Assembly: GCA_965223845.1 (NCBI GenBank)
Contig: CBDCXR010000004.1
Location: 7,136,001 to 7,200,000, forward strand
Origin: Planctomycetota bacterium
GTDB lineage: Bacteria; Planctomycetota; UBA8108; SXIK01
Length of the DNA stretch: 64,000 nucleotides
Reading direction: 5' to 3'
In this document: piece by piece, positions 57,192 through 64,000 of the stretch
How positions within the stretch are numbered: position 1 is the stretch's first letter
How the letters are laid out: each line of letters opens with the position of its first letter
Program-made: the position numbers and the translations under genes
The notes under the pieces: generated by a model
Seen by the model: the letters and a program-made list of their open reading frames with translations, nothing else
What the model was told of the DNA's origin: nothing
Databases searched by the model: none

Positions 57192-59204
57192 ATGGCGAAG
57201 CGGCAGAGGGCCGGCGGTCGAAGGGCTCGCGCGGCCGGTGCGCTCCGGGAGCTGATCGAGCTGTCCCGGGCGCTCGGCGTCGATCGAGATCTCGTTCAAG
57301 GAGGGGGCGGGAATACGTCGGTCAAAACGCGCGACAGCGAGACGATGTTCGTCAAGGCGTCCGGCGCAGAGCTGCGCGACATGGACGCGGACCGAGGCTG
57401 GGCCGAGGTCGAACTCGAGCCGGTACGCGCGCTCGCGGAAGATCGCTCTCTGCGCGCGCTCGATCCCGCGGAGCGCGAGCGCCGAGTTCGCGAACGTCTT
57501 CAACTGGCCGTGATCCGGCCGTCCGGTGCGCGCCCGAGCGTCGAGAGCTCGATCCACGCGCTACTCGGGCGCGTCGTGATCCACACGCATCCCGTGCACC
57601 TCAACTCGATTCTCTGCGCGCGTGGCGGCGGCGAGGAGGCTCGGGAGTTGGTCCGCGGGATCGCCGGTCCGCCGATCGTTCTGGGGTACGTCGACCCCGG
57701 GTACGTGCTCGGGACTGAGCTCCACCGCGCGATCACCGAATACCGCGCACGCGAGGGTCGCGAGCCGGCGATCGTCATTCTCGAGAACCACGGGGTGTTC
57801 GTCTCGGACGACGACCCGAGTCGATGCGCGCGCATTCACCGCCGCGTAACGGAGCGGGCGAAAAAGCGTACGGGACGCGGGACGATCAACGTCTCCCCGC
57901 ACGAGACGCGGCCGGCGTCGCGGCGACGAAAAGCCCGCGCGCTCGAGGAGCCGCCGCGGGACTCCGCCGTCGAGATCCGCGGCGCGCTTCTTCGCGCCGG
58001 CGTCGCGGCGGGCGTCGTCCGTCGCGATGAAACGGAGATCGCGCGCGAGTGGATCGCGAACACTCCGGCGATCGCCGTCGCGAAGCGTGGAGCCTTCACT
58101 CCGGATCAAATCGTCTATTGCCGCACGCAGCCGCTCGTTCTCTCCGAAACTCGCTCCGCGACTTGGGAGCGAAGCGCGGCAACCTACCGTGAACGCCACG
58201 GGCTCGATCCTCGCGTCATCATCGCGCCCGGGGACGGCGTCTACTACGCCTCGTCCCAGCCGCGCGAGCTCGAGGTGATCGGAGACGTCTACCGGAGCGC
58301 GATGGTCCCGCTCCTCGACCGGACGAAATCTGCGCGTCTTCTCACGAAGCGTGAAGCCGCCTTCATCGAGGGCTGGGAAGTCGAAGCGTTTCGCGCGCGC
58401 CTCCTCGCCGGCGAGAGTCGGCGCTTGACCGGCCGCATCGCCGTCGTTACCGGAGCCGCGAGCGGACTCGGGAAAGGCATCGCGCTCGGGCTCGCGTCCG
58501 AGGGCGCGATCATCGCGGGCTGCGATGTCAATCGAGACCTCCTTGCGACCGCCGAACGCGAGTTCCCGGCCGGGCATTTCGTTCCGCTCGAATGCGACGT
58601 CACGGACGAAGTGTCGGTCGACGCCGCGTTCGCGGCGGTCGCGGCGCGGCTCGGAGGGCTCGACATCCTCGTCAACGCCGCGGGCATCGCACCGTCGTTT
58701 CCACTCGTCGACTTTCCTCTCGGCGCGTGGCGGAAGACACTCGAAATCAATCTCACCGGCTACTTTCTCTGCGCGCGCGCGGCGGCGCGTGTCCTTCTCC
58801 GTCAAGACGCCGGCGGAAGCATCGTGAACGTGACGAGCAAGTCGGGACTCGACGCGAGCAAGTCGAACTCCGCGTACAACGCGACGAAGGCGGGCGAGAT
58901 TCATCTGATGCGCGGATGGGCGCTCGAGCTCGGATCGAAGAAGATCCGCGTCAATTGCGTCGCTCCGGGTAACGTGTTTCAGGGATCGCAGATCTGGAAC
59001 GCGGAGTACATTCGCGCCGCCGCGAAAAAGAAGGGGATTCGCCCGGAGGAAGTGATCCCTTACTACACGTCTCTCTCTCCGCTCGGAGAGGAGATCCTCC
59101 CCGCCGATATTGCGAACGCGGTTCTCTACCTCGTGTCGGACGACGGCGCGAAGGTGACGGGACAGACGCTCGTCGTCGACGGAGGTCAGGTGATGGTCCG
59201 CTGA
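57192..59204 (+). CDS. Fusion of class II aldolase (RhaD-like) and SDR (sorbitol-6-phosphate dehydrogenase-like)
   Basis: GGGGNTSVK, KASG, PSVE, HTHP, LENHG, FTPDQIVY; then TGAASGLG, NAAG, SKSG, NSAYNATK, GQTLVVDGGQ. Confidence 0.88.
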   Translation: MAKRQRAGGRRARAAGALRELIELSRALGVDRDLVQGGGGNTSVKTRDSETMFVKASGAELRDMDADRGWAEVELEPVRALAEDRSLRALDPAERERRVRERLQLAVIRPSGARPSVESSIHALLGRVVIHTHPVHLNSILCARGGGEEARELVRGIAGPPIVLGYVDPGYVLGTELHRAITEYRAREGREPAIVILENHGVFVSDDDPSRCARIHRRVTERAKKRTGRGTINVSPHETRPASRRRKARALEEPPRDSAVEIRGALLRAGVAAGVVRRDETEIAREWIANTPAIAVAKRGAFTPDQIVYCRTQPLVLSETRSATWERSAATYRERHGLDPRVIIAPGDGVYYASSQPRELEVIGDVYRSAMVPLLDRTKSARLLTKREAAFIEGWEVEAFRARLLAGESRRLTGRIAVVTGAASGLGKGIALGLASEGAIIAGCDVNRDLLATAEREFPAGHFVPLECDVTDEVSVDAAFAAVAARLGGLDILVNAAGIAPSFPLVDFPLGAWRKTLEINLTGYFLCARAAARVLLRQDAGGSIVNVTSKSGLDASKSNSAYNATKAGEIHLMRGWALELGSKKIRVNCVAPGNVFQGSQIWNAEYIRAAAKKKGIRPEEVIPYYTSLSPLGEEILPADIANAVLYLVSDDGAKVTGQTLVVDGGQVMVR

Positions 59205-59211
59205 GGCGGGG

Positions 59212-60513
59212 ATGGGAACCGCTCGCGCCGAACTCGAAGCACGTCTCCGTCGCCCCGACCTCGGCGAAAACGGCTACGTCGACGGAAGCGAGTCGCGCAC
59301 ACGGATCGACGCGCTCGAGGAGCTCGTGCGCCGCGTCGAGCGCGGCGACATCGCGCGGGCGGGCGAACGCGGAGGGGTGAACACTCACGTTCACACCGCG
59401 AAGTCGTTCGCGTACTTCGACTCACCGGCGGCCGCCGTCTGGGCGGCCTATCTCGCGGGCATCGAAGTGTTCGGGATCAACGATCACTATACGATCGCCG
59501 GACACGAGGAGTTTCGCGCCGCCTGCGCGGTGACCGGGATCGCTCCCCTCTTCAGCATGGAAGCGATCGCGATGTGGGAAGAGGCGGAAGCCTCAGGGGA
59601 GACGGTCAACGATCCCGCGAACCCGGGACGGACCTATCTCACCGCCAAGGCGATCACGCGCGATTTCGCCCCCGAAGCGGAGGGGGCGCGAGATCTCCGG
59701 CGGATGAACGCCGCGCTGGCGGAGCGGAATCGAGACATCACCGCGAAGCTCGCGGCGCTCCTCGCCGAGCGACTCGACGTCCGTACGGGGGTCGATTGGA
59801 GTGCCGTCCTCGCGCTCACGCCGCACGACCAGCCGACCGAGCGACATCTCGCTCAACTCGTCGCGAACGCCGTGCTCGCGCGCTGGCCGGATCCCGCGCA
59901 CGCGCGGGACGCCGTCGTTCGTCTCGTGCGCGAAGACATCGCCGCCGACGTCGTGAGCGACCCGGCCCGCCTTCAGGACCTGATCCGCGCGCGACTCATC
60001 AAGTCGGGGTGTCCGGCCTACGTCGAGGAGTCCAGAGAGGCGTTCATCCCGCTCGCCCGTATGGTCGCACTCTCCCTCGATCTCGGCGCCGTTCCGACCT
60101 ATCCCGTGCTCGGCGATCCGGTGACGCCCTGGGAGGAGGACCTCGACACTCTCTTTGATCGACTCGAGGCCGAACGCATTTTCGCGATCGAGGTGATCCC
60201 CGATCGCAACTCGCGCGAGCGACTCTCGGCGATCCTAACGACGGCGGAGGACCGCGCCTTTCCTGTCGTGAACGGGACGGAACACAACACGAAGAACCCG
60301 GCACCGCTCGTCGACCGGTTCTTCACCGAACCAGGGTTTCACGCGGCCTTCGTCCGCGGCGCATGCGTCATGCTCGGCCACCAAGCGCTTCGCGCGGCGG
60401 GCGACCCCGGCTACGTAGACGATCGCGGCGAGCTGGCGCCGGGGCCGCGCTCGGTTCACCTCGCACGAATCGAGGCGGCGGGTCGCGAAGTCTGGTCGTC
60501 CGCGCGAACCTGA
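59212..60513 (+). CDS. PHP-superfamily metal-dependent phosphoesterase-like protein
   Basis: NTHVHT, GINDHY, NDPANPGRTY, IEVIP-RN, GTEHN. Confidence 0.75.
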   Translation: MGTARAELEARLRRPDLGENGYVDGSESRTRIDALEELVRRVERGDIARAGERGGVNTHVHTAKSFAYFDSPAAAVWAAYLAGIEVFGINDHYTIAGHEEFRAACAVTGIAPLFSMEAIAMWEEAEASGETVNDPANPGRTYLTAKAITRDFAPEAEGARDLRRMNAALAERNRDITAKLAALLAERLDVRTGVDWSAVLALTPHDQPTERHLAQLVANAVLARWPDPAHARDAVVRLVREDIAADVVSDPARLQDLIRARLIKSGCPAYVEESREAFIPLARMVALSLDLGAVPTYPVLGDPVTPWEEDLDTLFDRLEAERIFAIEVIPDRNSRERLSAILTTAEDRAFPVVNGTEHNTKNPAPLVDRFFTEPGFHAAFVRGACVMLGHQALRAAGDPGYVDDRGELAPGPRSVHLARIEAAGREVWSSART

Positions 60514-60545
60514 GACCGGCTGCCCGCGCGGGCGTCGGTCCGAGA

Positions 60546-61211
60546 CTACCTCTCGAGCTCGACCTCTCGCTCGATTGCGTCGACCGACTCTGGCTCACTC
60601 TCTTCGGTGCCGGAGTCTTCGCACCGATTCGTAGTGGCGTCAGAACCGGAGATCGACGCTTCGTCGGGGTCGGCGGCTGCTCCCGAAACGACCTCGTCGG
60701 GAAGCTCGCAGAGTTCGCAATCGAGCTTGAGTTCGTCGTCGTTCTCTGCGGCGCACTTGATGAGGAGCGCCTCGGTCGAAAGACCCTGCTTGAGGACGGT
60801 CATCCGGTCGGTGATCTTGCACGGCTTGAAGTGGACGACCCCGCTTTCCCAAGTGAGGAGGTCCTTGACGACGCGCCGGATGTGGTCCTTCGTCTGGCGT
60901 TCGAGTGCGTCCGACTCGACGAACCCGTGCGCGACGAGGCTGGTCGCGAGAGGAACCCAGTGCGTGTTCGTCTGCTGCGCGCGAAGCGCGGTGGCGAGAT
61001 CGTTCTCGGAGATCACGCCGCGCTGAACGAGCCAGAAGCCGAGCCGACTCTGTGTGTCGGAGCTCGCGTAGACGACGTTTCCCCGCCGGAACACGAGGCG
61101 GCCGGTCACCGCGTCGTGAATGATGGTGGCGATACCGGACAGACGACCGATCGAGACGATCTGGAAGACGTCGTTGAGATCGAGGCCTTCGAGGTGAGCA
61201 GTGAACGACAT
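60546..61211 (-). CDS. DUF4388 domain protein with an MshEN-type motif and acidic tail
   Basis: L-L-DVFQ...LSG...F-RG-VVYA, W-SG-F; RLGFWLVQRGVISENDLATALRAQ. Confidence 0.85.
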   Translation of the reverse strand: MSFTAHLEGLDLNDVFQIVSIGRLSGIATIIHDAVTGRLVFRRGNVVYASSDTQSRLGFWLVQRGVISENDLATALRAQQTNTHWVPLATSLVAHGFVESDALERQTKDHIRRVVKDLLTWESGVVHFKPCKITDRMTVLKQGLSTEALLIKCAAENDDELKLDCELCELPDEVVSGAAADPDEASISGSDATTNRCEDSGTEESEPESVDAIEREVELER

Positions 61212-61456
61212 GGCGATGCACGTGGTGGGAGCTTGATGAGGGTCGGACCGGCCCCGCATTCTTCTTCGGGTTCATCTCCGTGAGATCTATAGGCGCTCCC
61301 ACCGGACCGGCGCGTCACGCGTGATCCGATTCCGAAAACTCGCCGTCCGGGCGAAGGCGACCAGATTTCCGGAAGCCAGGGCGTCTGGTGTTTTCCGACC
61401 CGTCCGTAGTAAAAAGGGAGGTCTCCCCGGATTCCCAGCCCCTTTGGTCGAAACTC

Positions 61457-64000
61457 ATGGTTCGTTCCCGCGACGCTTCGTTGTTCCATCGTTCGAGTGG
61501 CTGCCGCCGGCGCCGTCTCCTCGTGAGCTCTCTCTTCGCGCTCGCGCTCCTAACCCTCGTGCGATCGGCGACGAGCTCGATGGACGCGCGTGCAGAAACG
61601 ATCGAATTCCTCGAGGATCGCTTCGAGATCCCTGCGGGCTTTCGCGTTTATCGTGTCGCCGATGGATCGCTTGCGGGAGGTTCCTACGACCTCGCGTTCG
61701 ATGGCGACGGTCGATTGCTCGTAGGAGACGGCACTAGGGTGCGGCGCCTCGAGGATACGGACGGCGACGCGGTGTACGATCGCTTCAGCGTCATCGCCGA
61801 GGGGCTCGGCGGCCGAGGGCCCCAGGGGCTCGTCGTCGATGGTGATCGCTTAATCGCGGTGGGCGGTGACGGCGTGCAGATGTTCACCGGCTACCGATCC
61901 GGCGAAATCCAGCACGCATCTCGCATCGGCGCACCGTTTCACACCGGCGGTGACCATGCCGCACACACGATCTTCCGCGGGCACGACGACTACTTCTATT
62001 TCATCACCGGCGACGGCGGCGGCGCGCGCGACCGAGATCACATCACGGTCGAAACATCGCCGGCGCTTTTCGAGCGGGCGGGCTCCGTCTTTCGCATCGA
62101 TCCTACGGGCGAGAATTGGGAGTGCATCGGAACGGGCGGTCGGAACGCGCCGAACCTGGGGATGGACGAGCTCGGCGATCTCTTCAGCCTCGACAGCGAC
62201 ATGGAGTGGCACGTAGATCTTCCTTGGTGGCGTCCCGTGCGGCTCAACCATTGGCTCACCGGCGGCGATCAGGGCTGGCAATCGGTGGGGGCTTACCCGC
62301 CGTATTTCGTCGACGCTCTGCCGGGGATTCTCGACGTCGGTCGCGGCTCACCCGATTGGGGCCAGTTCTACGAGCATGAACGATTTCCCGCGAAGTATCG
62401 CGGAGCGTACTTTGTTTGCGACTACCGTTCGAAGTCCGCGACGTCGGGCGGTTACGACACGACCGGACGACTCTACGCGTTTTTCATCGAGCGCGATGGC
62501 CCCGGTTACCGCGTCGAGCAGGAAGTGTTCGCGATTCCCCGGAGCGGCGCCGTCGACGATCGCGGCGAGCGGATCGACTTTGCCCTCGTCGACATCGAGG
62601 TCGGACCCGACGGCGACCTCTACCTGAGCGATCACAGCCGCGGCGTGTGGCGGGTCTACTTCGATCCCGAGGGGGCGGGAGACCCACCGCCTCTACCCGG
62701 CTCGAAACCAGCGTCGCTTCCGGTCGCGTTCGACCTCGATGCGCTGCTCGCCCTTCCGCAGCCTGGAGCCGAATGGAGCCGTGTTCGTCGCGACGCGTTT
62801 CGGCGCGCAGCGGGAGACGCGTACGGGTCGAGCCTAGAGCGCGTCGTGCTCGATTCCTCCGAAAGCCTCGCGCGGCGCCTTCGCGCGCTGCGCTACCTCG
62901 CGCCGCTCTTTGCGGAGCTGTCGACCGAGTTCGTCGCCAGGCTCGCGCGAACGAACGCTCCCGAGCTGCGCGGTCAGGCGGCGTGGCTCGCGGGCATCCG
63001 TCGTCGCCCGAGTGAAACGCAGCTTCTTGTCGACGGACTCCGGCGCGACGCCGACCCGTTCGTCCGGCGACGCGCACTCGAAGCTCTAACCCGTCGCCGT
63101 CTCACGAACGCCGAGCTCCTTCGGGTCGCCGCGTCGCTCGAAGATCCGCACCGCACCATTCGCTACGCCGCAACGCTCGTCCTCTCCCATCATCCCATCG
63201 AAGCGTGGTTCGATGAGCTCGACGCTCGTCCCGGCGTGCAGACGCGCGTCCGGGCGCTCGTTGCGGCGAGCTTGCGGAGAGATCGTCCGGAGCCGCCCCG
63301 GACGCGAGCGACGATTCGGCGTTTGATCGCGGACGTGCGGGACGAAGAAAACTCGTCGGAGCAGATCGTAGAAAATCGGCTCGACGTCCTTCGCACGATC
63401 GGGCTCTACGCCGGCGAAGTGCGCGCGGACGAGGCTCTCGTCGACGAGGTCGAGCGGTTCCTCCTCGAACAGTTCGCAGCGGGGGGCGCACGCATTCGCT
63501 GGGAGACCGCGCGTCTCATCGGCCAGCTCGATGTCCACACCGGATTTGCACCGCTCTCGGCCGCACTCGAGCGCGAAGGGGACCGCGTCGCTCAGTTCCA
63601 CTTCGCGCAGTGTCTGGCGCGTCTCTCCGGCGGCTGGGCCCCCGAGACCGAGGCGCGCGCCGTCGCTTGGTTTCTCGCCGCGCAGAGCGGCTGGTTCACC
63701 GAGTTCGCGGGGAAGGGACGGCAGTTCCCCGGCTTCTGGTCGACGGTTCTCACGGCGTTCGTCGAACACCACGCGACCGCGCTCGCTCAGGCGATCGATC
63801 GCGTCGATCTCAGCGGCCGACTCGGGCGCGCCCTTCTCGATCGCATGGCCGAAGACGAGGGTGCCGCGGAGCAGCTCGCGGCTCTGCTTCGGTCCACCGA
63901 GCAAGCCGAGTCGCGTCGTCGCATCGCGGAAGCGTTCCGGCGTCAGAAGGGTGAGCTCGCGAGCGAAATTCTTCGGGACGCGATCGATCGTGAGCGGAAC
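61457..64000 (+). CDS. PVC-type putative membrane-bound dehydrogenase (beta-propeller plus HEAT repeats, heme-binding family); 3' end outside the window
   Basis: Open frame from ATG 61457, absent from the ORF track presumably because it has no stop in the window. Signal peptide, LEDTDGD, GPQG, GDHAAH, GGRN, DSDMEW...PWWRP-R, GRGSP, DIEVGPDGDLY, then HEAT-like repeats. The CxxCH would lie beyond the window. Confidence 0.82.
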   Translation, partial: MVRSRDASLFHRSSGCRRRRLLVSSLFALALLTLVRSATSSMDARAETIEFLEDRFEIPAGFRVYRVADGSLAGGSYDLAFDGDGRLLVGDGTRVRRLEDTDGDAVYDRFSVIAEGLGGRGPQGLVVDGDRLIAVGGDGVQMFTGYRSGEIQHASRIGAPFHTGGDHAAHTIFRGHDDYFYFITGDGGGARDRDHITVETSPALFERAGSVFRIDPTGENWECIGTGGRNAPNLGMDELGDLFSLDSDMEWHVDLPWWRPVRLNHWLTGGDQGWQSVGAYPPYFVDALPGILDVGRGSPDWGQFYEHERFPAKYRGAYFVCDYRSKSATSGGYDTTGRLYAFFIERDGPGYRVEQEVFAIPRSGAVDDRGERIDFALVDIEVGPDGDLYLSDHSRGVWRVYFDPEGAGDPPPLPGSKPASLPVAFDLDALLALPQPGAEWSRVRRDAFRRAAGDAYGSSLERVVLDSSESLARRLRALRYLAPLFAELSTEFVARLARTNAPELRGQAAWLAGIRRRPSETQLLVDGLRRDADPFVRRRALEALTRRRLTNAELLRVAASLEDPHRTIRYAATLVLSHHPIEAWFDELDARPGVQTRVRALVAASLRRDRPEPPRTRATIRRLIADVRDEENSSEQIVENRLDVLRTIGLYAGEVRADEALVDEVERFLLEQFAAGGARIRWETARLIGQLDVHTGFAPLSAALEREGDRVAQFHFAQCLARLSGGWAPETEARAVAWFLAAQSGWFTEFAGKGRQFPGFWSTVLTAFVEHHATALAQAIDRVDLSGRLGRALLDRMAEDEGAAEQLAALLRSTEQAESRRRIAEAFRRQKGELASEILRDAIDRERN

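Noticed and set aside
1-64000. CRISPR arrays, tRNA/rRNA genes, IS elements, prophage or defence islands
   Set aside because: No regularly spaced repeats, cloverleafs, transposase/integrase or phage motifs seen; the SNF2 gene has no methylase or nuclease neighbours.

Overview
High-GC (roughly two-thirds G+C by eye, strongly CpG/TCGA-rich), densely coding bacterial chromosome segment. Marker families (DUF1501, PVC-type heme-binding/HEAT protein, CRTAC1/ASPIC-UnbV, C-terminal dockerin-like RRGD...CxDAAD module, TAT-exported oxidoreductases) point to a Planctomycetota genome (inference). About 47 protein-coding genes are supported; both terminal genes are cut by the window edges. I saw no rRNA, tRNA, CRISPR array, transposase or prophage gene. 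Content is mostly sugar and sugar-acid catabolism (galK, YagF/YjhG dehydratase, two enolase-superfamily enzymes, a SorE-like/aldolase-SDR/PHP operon), envelope functions, and an lvaABC-like gene set split across 13 kb. The most notable items are: (1) a stand-alone MamK-like actin with degenerate ATPase motifs, preceded by a small acidic ORF in the position of mamJ, with no other magnetosome genes; (2) an ~800-nt highly structured intergenic region behind tandem sigma70-like promoters; (3) directly downstream, a SNF2 ATPase with a histone-H1-like Lys-rich tail; (4) a 1006-aa exported mosaic protein with a DnaJ-type zinc finger. All family calls come from motif recognition by eye, not from database searches.
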